From Spirochaetia bacterium (lineage in GTDB: Bacteria > Spirochaetota > Spirochaetia > DSM-16054 > Sediminispirochaetaceae), in the NCBI GenBank assembly GCA_034520965.1, contig JAXHMY010000001.1, forward strand, positions 480,001-544,000: 64,000 nt of DNA. The letters run 5' to 3'. The notes under the pieces are model-generated. The model worked only from the letters and a program-made list of their open reading frames with translations, had not been told where the DNA came from and made no database searches. Shown here piece by piece: positions 30,897 to 40,795 of this stretch; position 1 is the first letter of the stretch; every line of letters begins with the position of its first letter. The position numbers and the translations under genes are program-made.

Positions 30897-32168
30897 TTAT
30901 TTTCCTCCATTATCCGATTCTTGGCTACTAATACCTTCTTCCATCTCAGAAAAGTGCATCGGAGACTCGCTGTCTTCAGTCTCGTCACGGACTTCATTGA
31001 TGATCGCAGCACGGTCAACTATTCCTTTATACCGATAGTCTTTATCGATGACCACAATAGGATATTTGGTTGACAGCGCAGTGGCTAAAAGATCGGATAT
31101 CGGAGTATCTTCATAAGCGGTATATATATCGCGTATGAGGATTGGTTCAAGATCGCGCTCTTTCTTCTTCTGCAATTTCACTGTATCGTCGATACGAGCC
31201 ATACCTTTCAGGTAGCGCTCCGAATCAACTACAAAGATACTGGAAATACCATTTGTTTCCATAGTTCGGCTGGCAGCACCGGGGCCGTCTTTCGGAATAG
31301 TCATAACCGGGGCCTTACGCATAATAGATGAAACGGTGATAATCTTGGTTTTATCAACCTTCTCGACAAACTTTGCCACATACTCATCGGCAGGTTCTGA
31401 GAGGATCTCCTCTGGAGTTCCAAGCTGCCGAGAGGTTCCATCCGGACCAAGAATAAGAATTCTGTCGCCCAGTTTCAAAGCCTCATCCAGGTCGTGGGTA
31501 ATAAATACAATTGTTTTATGCATTTTAGCTTGCAGCTCGAGCAGCTCATCCTGCATCTGATTACGGATAAGCGGGTCAAGTGCACTAAATGCTTCGTCCA
31601 TCAAGAGTATTTCGGGGTCATTGGCAAGGGCGCGGGCTAAACCGACACGCTGCTGCATACCACCGGAGAGCTCATCGGGTAAACTTTTTTCGTAGCCCTT
31701 CAGCCCCACCAGTTCAATCGCATCCAGAGCCTTTTTGTGGCGCTCCTCTTTTTCCATACCGCCAATTTCAAGTCCAAACTCGACGTTGTTTGTTACATTA
31801 CGGTGCGGCAGAAGACCAAAGTGCTGAAATACCATAGACATCATATAGCGACGACTTTCACGAAGCTCTTCTTTATCCATTTCCAGAATGTTCTTGCCGT
31901 CGATATAGATCTTACCGCTGGTCGATTCAACTATACGATTCAAACAGCGAATAAGAGTCGACTTCCCGCTGCCGGAAAGCCCCATAATAACAAAGGTCTC
32001 TTTCTTTTTAATTTCGAAGCTGACCCCGCGAACGGCAACTACATTTCCGGTTTTTTCAAGTATTTCGGATCTCTCCAGTCCCTTTTCTATTAAAGGGAAG
32101 GCCCTCTTCGGGTTCGGTCCAAAAATCTTAAACAGATTATCGACCTTAATTTTTACGTTATCATCCAT
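30897..32168 (-). CDS. proV: glycine betaine ABC transporter ATPase with CBS domains
   Basis: GLSGSGKS, LSGGMQQRVGLARAL, DEAFSALDPLIR, C-terminal CBS pair. Confidence 0.93.
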   Translation of the reverse strand: MDDNVKIKVDNLFKIFGPNPKRAFPLIEKGLERSEILEKTGNVVAVRGVSFEIKKKETFVIMGLSGSGKSTLIRCLNRIVESTSGKIYIDGKNILEMDKEELRESRRYMMSMVFQHFGLLPHRNVTNNVEFGLEIGGMEKEERHKKALDAIELVGLKGYEKSLPDELSGGMQQRVGLARALANDPEILLMDEAFSALDPLIRNQMQDELLELQAKMHKTIVFITHDLDEALKLGDRILILGPDGTSRQLGTPEEILSEPADEYVAKFVEKVDKTKIITVSSIMRKAPVMTIPKDGPGAASRTMETNGISSIFVVDSERYLKGMARIDDTVKLQKKKERDLEPILIRDIYTAYEDTPISDLLATALSTKYPIVVIDKDYRYKGIVDRAAIINEVRDETEDSESPMHFSEMEEGISSQESDNGGK

Positions 32169-32499
32169 ATTTATCCCTCTTACAATTACAACTCTATTAG
32201 ATTCAATGTTTAATGCTCAAAATGTTTAACAAGTTGCTTTTAATAGTATTAAACTAAAAGGAAAAAGTCAAGTTATATCAATTTTCTAAGTTATTATATC
32301 ATATAATTTTATTAAAATATATATTTTTTTTCTATAAATAAAGAAGTTGCATACGATATAATAGAACTATTTACTATTCTAAATAAGTTGCATATTGGAG
32401 ATACAGGAATAGTAACAGAAGTAATGAAAGCACACGCAAAAAAGTGAAAAAAAAGAATACACTTTAGATTACAGTAGTTATTGTGCTACAATTTTTGCA

Positions 32500-33353
32500 A
32501 TGTGGCACTTCAAGGAGGATCAAATGAGCAACGGAAATCTACTCGGTCAAGACTGCACTTCACGGACCTATTATTACTGGGGAACAGACCTACCTGTTAA
32601 AGGAGATATTGTCCTGGTTCACGGCTATGCAGAACACGCCGGAAGATATGCCGAGGCGGCAGAGCAATTGAACAGGGCAGGATTCAACGTGTGGGCTATG
32701 GACCACTACGGTCACGGACTATCCGACGGCCGGAGGGCGGATGTAAAGGACTTTCGACTATATGCACAGGATTTGAAACTTTTTATACAAACTACCGTCA
32801 AAGCACAGCAGCAACAGTCCCTGTTTGTGTATGGCCACAGTATGGGCGGAGCTGTCTCTCTGTTATATGCATTGGAACAACAGTCGGAACTAACCGGTCT
32901 TATCTTATCCGGACCAATGGTCCGACCTGGTGCAGTGTCCAGCAAGCTCGAACGAAGGCTAGCCCATTTATTAAGAAAAATTGTACCGAACCTCCCATTT
33001 CGCCCCTTTTCCGCCGAGCTTTTATCCACGATCCTGAGGAGGTAGAGAAATATAAGCAGGATCCTCTCAATTATAACGGCAAGTTAAAGGTAAGGCTGGG
33101 CGATGAGTTCCTGCAAATGGAGGGATATCTTTCAGATATGGCTCTATCCCAACTCACCCTTCCGGTATTGCTGCTGCATGGCGGGGAGGATGCGGTAGTG
33201 CCCCCGGAAAACAGCAAGGTAGTGCTTGACCGGATAAATTCGACAGATAAAACAAGAATAGTATTTCCGGGCATGTACCACGAGATTCACAAAGAGGCTG
33301 ACCGTAAATCGGTATTCTCAACTGTCATTAAATGGCTAGAGGCCAGATGCTGA
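32500..33353 (+). CDS. alpha/beta hydrolase (lysophospholipase/monoglyceride lipase type); frameshift near 33027
   Basis: VHGYAEH, GHGLSDG, GHSMGG; the second frame carries LHGGEDAVV and GMYHEI. Confidence 0.8.
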
Positions 33354-33376
33354 CGGCGATAAGGAACCAATAGATT

Positions 33377-35969
33377 TTACTTCTTTGAACTCTTTTGATT
33401 CTTTACTATTTTTCTCACTTCCTCGACCGTCAATTTGTCGATTTCTTCTTGTTCACGCTTCTCTTCGGGGAGAGATACATTTTTGGTACCGGCTTTAATG
33501 TAAGGGCCGTACTTGCCATTGTAGATGGCCAGCTTCTTGCCCAGCACCTCATCCTTTCCAAAGTCTCTCAGCACCCGTGAGTTACCTCTTCCCTTTTTCG
33601 GTGTTGCGAGTAATTTCAGAGCCTCATCCAGGGTGATGGAAAACAGCTCGTCCTCCGATTTAATGGAGCGAAACTCTCCATCATGCACCACAAAGGGGCC
33701 AAAGCGGCCTCGATTCGCGGCCACTTCCTTGCCGGTTTCCGGATGAGTCCCCAGGACCCGCGGAAGACTCAGCTGCTTTAGGGCATCTTCCAAGTTGGCT
33801 TCGCTCGGTTTAAGCCCTTTGTTGAGAGCAGCCCGTTTAGGCTTGGGATTTTCCTCGGTCACCTCTCCAAGCTGATAGTAGGGGCCGTAGCGACCGGTTA
33901 GACAATAAATAGCCTGGCCTGTCTTCGGATCATGCCCCAGGGGTTCCGGTCCGTTTTTCTGAATCTCGATTATCTCCCGCACTTCCTCTTCTGTAAGATC
34001 GGCAGGGGCAATATCCTCGGGAATCGAAGCATGAATTGGCCCGTTTTCATCATCCTTATAGACAATATACGGCCCGTATTTGCCTACTTTAATACCGTCT
34101 ACAATATTGATATGGGGCAGTTTAATGGTGCGGGTCTCATCGGGGGAAATTTCCTTCTCCCGCTGCTCTATCTTCTGCTGCAGCCCGTCCTTCCCGGAAT
34201 AAAAGGACTCCAGATATTCTAGACGGTCAACTTTTCCTATCGCGATATCATCCAGGGCAGCCTCCATAGCTGAGGTAAACCCGTACTCGATAAGATAATG
34301 AAAATGGTTTTCCAGCAGCTGTATAACTGCAAAACCGGTAAAAGTCGGCAATAGGGCGCTCCCCTGCTTGCGGACATACTCACGCTCAAATAGAGTATTT
34401 ATAATCGAGGCGTAGGTTGATGGCCGACCAATAGCCATATTCTCAAGAGCCCTTACCAAGGTAGCTTCAGTGTAACGGGCCGGAGCCTTTGTTTCGTGGT
34501 AGAGCTGCTGAATCTCAAGCAGATCAACAGTCTCCCCTTCTTCTAGGGGCGGCAGAAAGCTCTCTTTATCATCCAAGGCAGCCTCGGGGTCATCCTTACC
34601 CTCCACATACACCCGGATAAACCCGGGAAATTCTATGCGGGTACCCGTGGCGCTGCAGACCGTACGGCCGGCACTAATTTTAACTGTATTTGAAACCTTG
34701 CGAGCCTCCGCCATCTGGCTGGCAAGAGTACGCTTCCAGATTAATGCATACAGGGATTGCTCCTTCCCCGACAGACCGGTCTCATCCGGATGTTTAAATA
34801 CTTCCCCCGATGGCCGGATAGCTTCATGCGCTTCTTGCGCTGCTTTTGACTTTGTAGAATACTGGCGCGGCTGTTCAGCTAAATATTCTTCGCCGTAGAG
34901 CCGGCGTACCGCCTGTATAGCACCATTCACCCCCTCCTGGCTAAGGGCAGGAGAGTCGGTACGCATGTAGGTGATAAAGCCTTGCTCATACAGGCGCTGT
35001 GCGGTACGCATCGTCTCACGGGCGGATAAACGCAGCTTACGGTTGCCCTCCTGCTGCAAAGTTGAAGTAATAAAAGGAGGGGCAGGCCGATTTTTACTCT
35101 TTTTCTCGGTCAGCGATGAAACTTTCCACTCGGAAGCCTCGACTTCAGCTTTCAGCTCAGCCGCCGCCTTCTCGTCCAATACTACGACGTCTTTTTCAGG
35201 CAGTATTTTACCGGTCTCCGGATCAAAATCCTTTCCCGGCAACCCGCTTGCCGTCAACCGATTCCAGGGCAGCCTCAAAACTGTAGCCTGCCTCAGCACC
35301 GTTACCTTTAGCGTCCCCGCCGGCACCCTGCTTCTTCAGCTGTGCCTTCAGGTCCCAGTAGACCGATTTCTTAAATTTGATTCGCTCACGCTCACGTTCA
35401 ACAATTAAACGCAGTCCGGGGGACTGCACACGGCCAGCGGAAAGGCCGTAGGCAATTTTCTTCCAAATCAATGGAGAAAGGGTATACCCGTACAGACGGT
35501 CAAGAATACGGCGAGTTTCTTGGGCATTCACCAAATTAGTATCAATATCGCGCTCGTTTTCCAGTGCCTTTTGAATAGCTGTTTTTGTGATCTCGTGGAA
35601 CACCATCCGCTTTACCGGCACCTTCGGATCGAGCACCTTCACCAGATGCCATGAAATACTCTCCCCTTCGCGGTCTTCATCAGTTGCAAGCAGAAGCTGA
35701 TCTACATCTTTAAGCTTCTTTTTAAGCTCCCGAATGATCTTTCCCTTGCCCCGGGGTACAATATAAAGGGGCTTAAACCCGTTCTCTACATCAATACCAA
35801 GCCTGGCCCAGCCGGTCTTTTTTAGGTCCTTCGGGATATCGGACGCCGATTGCGGCAGGTCGCGGACGTGGCCTATACTCGCCTCCACGATGTAATTCTT
35901 GGGGAGAAAGCGTCTAATAGTACGCGCCTTTGTGGGCGATTCGACAATTACAAGTGCAGTGTGTTCCAT
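33377..35969 (-). CDS. topA: DNA topoisomerase I; frameshift near 35235
   Basis: [24 protein letters not shown]; then [22 protein letters not shown] and C-terminal GRYGPY/GRFGPF repeats. Confidence 0.92.
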
Positions 35970-36065
35970 AGTAACCCATAACTATACCGATAGCGGGTAT
36001 TCTGTAAAGGGGCATTAGCAGCCTTTAAGTGGCCTTTATAAAAAAATGAGCCGAAATAGCCCTTT

Positions 36066-37127
36066 CTACCGGATAATACCGCCGCCAAGGACATTATCCC
36101 CCTCATAGAGCACCGCAGACTGGCCGGGGGTTATGATATGCGGTTCTTTTAACTCGATCAGAGTTGGCGAGCCGGGAGTAACCCTACAGGGAGTTTCTCC
36201 GGCATTGTAACGGACTCTCACGGTGGCCTCAAACCCCTCTGAAACGGGAATAAACCAATTACAGCGTTCGATACTAAAGCGGGTATCCCCCAACTCTTCC
36301 TTCCTCGCAACAACCACCTTGTTTTCGGCCGCGTTGAGCTTGGCTACATACCAGGGGCCGTCGGATAGGCCCAGACCCTGGCGCTGACCAATGGTGTAAT
36401 GCATATATCCGCGATGCTCTCCCAGAGGCCGTCCCTGCATATCTACAATCCGGCCGGGATTCTGGGTCACCTCGTTTTTAGTGTATTCTTCTATAAAATC
36501 TATATATTTTCCATCCACAAAGCAGACATCCTGACTCTCTTTTATGCTTGAACTGGGAAACTCGTGGGCATGGGCCAGTTCTACTACCTGGGGTTTGGTC
36601 ATGCCGCCTAAGGGAAAGTCACACAGAGGCAGTATGTCCGGATTAATGTGATAGAGCATATAGGACTGGTCTTTTGCAGTATCAATACCTTTCTGTAGAA
36701 GGGTTCTGCCGTTCTGCTTCTGTGTACGGACATAGTGGCCGGTTGCCATATGCAGCGGCTCTTCGGCCGACATGTGGCCCTGCTCTACCAGCAGGGTCTT
36801 GATTCGTTGTGGAAACAGCCCGAAGCGTACAAACTCATTACAGCGGACACAGGGATTTGGAGTTTTCCCATGACGATAGTTTTCTACAAAGTCGTCCACC
36901 ACAAATTTTTGAAATTCATCAACCAGGTTCAGGATATAAAAGGGAATTCCCAGCCGGTCACAAATCTCCCGAGCACGCTGCAGGGTCTCGGTATTGCAGC
37001 AGTTGGAATCTTCCCATATATAATGACTCACCCCAACCACCCGACTCCAGCGCTGGGTAAGCAGATGAGCAGCGACGCTTGAATCAACCCCGCCACTCAT
37101 ACCAATTGCAATTATTCCATCGTTCAT
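36066..37127 (-). CDS. mnmA: tRNA 2-thiouridine(34) synthase
   Basis: MSGGVDSS, PNPCVRCN, ATGHY, KDQSY, ESQDVCF, TIGQR, PGQSAV. Confidence 0.95.
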   Translation of the reverse strand: MNDGIIAIGMSGGVDSSVAAHLLTQRWSRVVGVSHYIWEDSNCCNTETLQRAREICDRLGIPFYILNLVDEFQKFVVDDFVENYRHGKTPNPCVRCNEFVRFGLFPQRIKTLLVEQGHMSAEEPLHMATGHYVRTQKQNGRTLLQKGIDTAKDQSYMLYHINPDILPLCDFPLGGMTKPQVVELAHAHEFPSSSIKESQDVCFVDGKYIDFIEEYTKNEVTQNPGRIVDMQGRPLGEHRGYMHYTIGQRQGLGLSDGPWYVAKLNAAENKVVVARKEELGDTRFSIERCNWFIPVSEGFEATVRVRYNAGETPCRVTPGSPTLIELKEPHIITPGQSAVLYEGDNVLGGGIIR

Positions 37128-37159
37128 AGGGTAAATATAACCAAATTACTCAATTTTTG

Positions 37160-38209
37160 TTAACCGCTTTCACGGTAAATCATAAGAGGTTTTATAACTT
37201 TTTGCATGATCGGACGCATATCCCGGCTGTCGAGCATTTCAATCAACCGCTCACAGGCCAGTCGAGCGTGTTCTTCCCGGGGCTGGTGAACCGTTGTTAG
37301 TTTAGGACGAAAATAGCGGCCAAGCTCTGTATCATCATAACCTACCACCCGGATATCATCCGGAACCTTTACGCCTAGTTCACGCAGTGCTTCTATGGCA
37401 CCTAAAGCAACCAGGTCTGCTTCAGCGAAAATTCCGTCAAAGGAGGTCAGATTATTTTTTCGATCCATTATCGCCTGAAAACCGAAATCGAAGGCACAAT
37501 CACCGGCGACCACCAGTTGGGGGTCGTAGGCGATACCCGCCTCTTGCAGGGCTATTTTGTAGCCCTCGGTTCTCTCGTTAAACTGAATTTCATCGGAGTC
37601 CTCCCGCAAACAGAGGATAGAGCGACAGCCGCCGTCAAGCAGCACTTTAGTGGCCATACGTCCCCCTGTCACATGGTCGGTAAACAGATAATTCATCCAG
37701 CTGTAGTCGAAACTCCGCGGTTTGAAGTGCAGCACCACAAAGGGTATTCCCGATGTGCGGATAAACTCCCAGTCATCCACCGGTATCTCGGGATGAATCA
37801 CCAGCAGTCCGTCAATTTTTTTGCGGCTTATGAGTTTGCGAATGTTACTCTCGGCGGTATAGTGATTACGGGGAAAACTCCCAATACTATCCAGAGAAGC
37901 CTTTTCCAAGCCATGGCGCAGTCCTTGTACCAGAAGTCCCATGTAAAGTGAGTTTCCAAAGGTATCGTACAACTCGGGATATATAATTCCGATAGTACCG
38001 GTACGGCGGGTAGAGAGGCTCTGAGCACTGGAATTAAAGGCAAAATTAAGGTCATCCGCAATTTTTTTTATACGGTTTTTGGTCCTCTCAGAAATAAGAG
38101 GGCTATCATTTAAACTGCGGGATACTGTAGAATGACTTACGCCAGCGATACGGGCAATGTCCTTAATTGTTATAGTTTGCTTGTCGGTTTCATTTTGATT
38201 CATGCACAC
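37160..38209 (-). CDS. LacI-family transcriptional regulator
   Basis: ITIKDIARIAGVSHSTVSRSLN, VPDDIRVVGYDD, LTTVHQP. Confidence 0.95.
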   Translation of the reverse strand: MCMNQNETDKQTITIKDIARIAGVSHSTVSRSLNDSPLISERTKNRIKKIADDLNFAFNSSAQSLSTRRTGTIGIIYPELYDTFGNSLYMGLLVQGLRHGLEKASLDSIGSFPRNHYTAESNIRKLISRKKIDGLLVIHPEIPVDDWEFIRTSGIPFVVLHFKPRSFDYSWMNYLFTDHVTGGRMATKVLLDGGCRSILCLREDSDEIQFNERTEGYKIALQEAGIAYDPQLVVAGDCAFDFGFQAIMDRKNNLTSFDGIFAEADLVALGAIEALRELGVKVPDDIRVVGYDDTELGRYFRPKLTTVHQPREEHARLACERLIEMLDSRDMRPIMQKVIKPLMIYRESG

Positions 38210-38285
38210 GGTTGCATACCTCCTTTCCAGTATAGCTCTATTCTACATACTGTCAAGATAAAAAAATGCCTTGCACACGGTTGCA
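38203..38285. promoter_or_regulatory. two LacI-type operators TGCACACGGTTGCA (38203-38216, 38272-38285) in the divergent promoter region
   Basis: Identical 14-mer imperfect palindromes; minus-strand TTGACA (38251-38256) and TATACT lie between them. Confidence 0.75.
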
Positions 38286-38397
38286 TGAACTTTTATACTT
38301 TCCCTGTTCTACCAAGAAAATAGCCGGCCCCGGCTATTTTCGTCGTTTCGCTTGTTGCGAAGCGGCAGGCGAAACTATATTTGTATGGAGGCACGCC

Positions 38398-40752
38398 ATG
38401 AGCAGCCACGAAAGCCCTATCTATATTGAAAACGAATGGTCTATTAGCGAAAATCGATTCGATCCGGTACAGATAGTGACCACCGGAAGTAATTTTATGA
38501 CGGGAAACGGCTATTTAGGGTATCGGGGAACTTTTCCGGAATGGGAGGCCGATGAGTATGTAGGCTGTATCGTGAGCGACACGTATGATAATGCGGACGG
38601 TAAATGGAAGGAACTGTGTAATGTACCAAACGGACTCTACACCACACTGCAGCTTGGAGCAGCTCCGGTGCATCCCACTCGCAACCCCGAAGAGGTCTCG
38701 GATTACAGACTGTCCCTTAACTACCGCTACGGCCGTACTTCCGGGGGATATACCTGGAAACCACAAGAATCGGGCTTTCAGAAAGCTGCGGAGCTGCAAG
38801 TCTCTTTTGAAAGGTTCGCCTCTTACTCTTCACTGCATCTGCTTGCACAGCGTGTGAGAATTGCCGCGATAACCGGCGGGACCCTTACCCTCTCTACCGG
38901 AGTTGACGGACGAGTGTGGAGTCTAAACGGAGAACACCTTCGAGAGTGCTCAGCTTTTAATGAGAGTGATATAATCGGACTGAACTGTACCACAACTGAA
39001 AAAGGAATAGAGCTAGTGGTAGCCCAGGGAGTACGAATATACGGCGTAACTCCTAAGGAGAAAACGAGCCGAGAGCCAGTTTCACAGCCCCAAGAAAAGC
39101 GCCGAAACCTGCGGCAGCTGCAGTTTGAATTACAGGCCGGCGACGAACTGGTGATAGAGCAAATGATGACCGTCTTTTCCAGCAATGATACTAAAGACCC
39201 CTATACAGCAGCGATAGAATTGGCCCGGGAAGCTACCGAGAATGGCTACGAACGCGAGGCTGGTCAAAGTGCGCGTGTCTGGGATGCCCTATGGAATCGC
39301 TATTTTATTCATATCGACAGTACCGATACTACCCAAGCACTGCTGAATTACAATTTGTACCACAATATTATTGCTACCCCGGCCCATACCGATCATCTTC
39401 CAATCGGTGCCCGGGGTCTTTCCTGTCAGGCCTATCAAGGAGCAGCCTTCTGGGACCAGGAAATATTTAACCTACCGATGTACCTCTATACCTATCCAGA
39501 AGTCGCCCGAAACATACTTATATACCGCTACAAAACCCTGGACGGAGCCCGGCGGAAGGCCCAACGGCTTGGCTATGAAGGGGCTTACTACGCCTGGATT
39601 AGCGGCGACACGGGGGACGAACTTTGTCCGGACTACTTTTTTAAAGACGTCCTTACCGGCCGCAAAATCCGCAACCACTTTAATGACTGGCAAATTCATA
39701 TATCCCCGGATATTTCCTATGCCGTCCAGCACTACTACCAGGCCACGGGAGATTGGGAATTTATAAAAGACTACGGGGCGGAAATGTTGTTTGAAATTGC
39801 CAATTTTTTGGTATCCCACGCCTACTTTAAAAAGAACAAAGACCGGTACGAAATTATTCGTGTACTCGGTCCCGATGAATACCATGAAAATGCCGACAAC
39901 AACACCTTTACCAACTTCCAGGCGAAATGGGCTATAGGAACCGCTTTAGATGTGTATACCCGCTTATCCGCCGCGGATCCGCAAGTTCTACAACAGATAG
40001 CCCAACGCTCCCGCATAGATGCGGAACGGATAGAACTGTGGAAGGAGATGTATGAGTATATGTACATCCCCGCCCCCTTAGCCGACAGCAGTCTCATTGA
40101 GCAGTTCGACGGTTACTTTGGCCTGGAAGATATTATGCCGGATGCACTGGCAGAGCGATTGAAGGATCCCAACGAATACTGGGGCTGGCCAACCGGTATT
40201 GCCTACGAGACCCAGGTTATTAAACAGGCCGATGTAGTGCAGTTGTTCTGTCTCTACCCCGAAAGCTACTCCGTTGAAACCATGAGAAAGAACTACCGTT
40301 ATTACGAACCACGTACCCACCACCGATCATCTCTAAGCCCAGCGGTACACTCAATTGTAGCCGCTCGGATTGGGTTTTATGATCAGGCCTACAGCTACTT
40401 CCAAGAATCATTACGCATTGATCTGTTTAGTACAAACCCGCCGGCCAGCGGAGGTACATTCATTGGAGGAATCCATACGGCCGCCTGCGGGATTGCCTGG
40501 CAGATGGTAGTATTCGGATTTTCCGGAATTGTCTTTACGGACCAGGGAATTCTCTGCAAACCCCATGTACCGCAAGAGTGGAGCGGAGTACAGTTTAGCC
40601 TCCACTACCGCGGGCAGAGCTGCCTCGTCAGCATTACCGCCGATTCGGTGAAGCTTGATGCGGCCCCTTCCAATCAAAAGGCACTGCCCTTTCAGGTTCT
40701 AGAGGAGAAATACCGAGTGCAGCCCGGAGACTCAATTACCCACTCCCTTTAA
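38398..40752 (+). CDS. GH65 glycoside phosphorylase (kojibiose/trehalose phosphorylase-like)
   Basis: GNGYLGYRG, ARGLSCQAYQGAAFWDQE, GPDEYH, KQADV, SSLS; GGAGG before ATG 38398. Confidence 0.88.
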   Translation: MSSHESPIYIENEWSISENRFDPVQIVTTGSNFMTGNGYLGYRGTFPEWEADEYVGCIVSDTYDNADGKWKELCNVPNGLYTTLQLGAAPVHPTRNPEEVSDYRLSLNYRYGRTSGGYTWKPQESGFQKAAELQVSFERFASYSSLHLLAQRVRIAAITGGTLTLSTGVDGRVWSLNGEHLRECSAFNESDIIGLNCTTTEKGIELVVAQGVRIYGVTPKEKTSREPVSQPQEKRRNLRQLQFELQAGDELVIEQMMTVFSSNDTKDPYTAAIELAREATENGYEREAGQSARVWDALWNRYFIHIDSTDTTQALLNYNLYHNIIATPAHTDHLPIGARGLSCQAYQGAAFWDQEIFNLPMYLYTYPEVARNILIYRYKTLDGARRKAQRLGYEGAYYAWISGDTGDELCPDYFFKDVLTGRKIRNHFNDWQIHISPDISYAVQHYYQATGDWEFIKDYGAEMLFEIANFLVSHAYFKKNKDRYEIIRVLGPDEYHENADNNTFTNFQAKWAIGTALDVYTRLSAADPQVLQQIAQRSRIDAERIELWKEMYEYMYIPAPLADSSLIEQFDGYFGLEDIMPDALAERLKDPNEYWGWPTGIAYETQVIKQADVVQLFCLYPESYSVETMRKNYRYYEPRTHHRSSLSPAVHSIVAARIGFYDQAYSYFQESLRIDLFSTNPPASGGTFIGGIHTAACGIAWQMVVFGFSGIVFTDQGILCKPHVPQEWSGVQFSLHYRGQSCLVSITADSVKLDAAPSNQKALPFQVLEEKYRVQPGDSITHSL

Positions 40753-40795
40753 ACACTCTATGGCCCCAGGTTCACCTTAGGCTTAATTGCCCGAC

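Noticed and set aside
35223..35326. Programmed frameshift or naturally split topA
   Set aside because: No clear slippery site with a stimulator, and many similar indels occur across the window; an error is more likely.
38200..38217. Mini-ORF MQPCA* overlapping the LacI start (leader peptide?)
   Set aside because: GGAGG is only 1 nt from its ATG; the sequence is explained by the operator.
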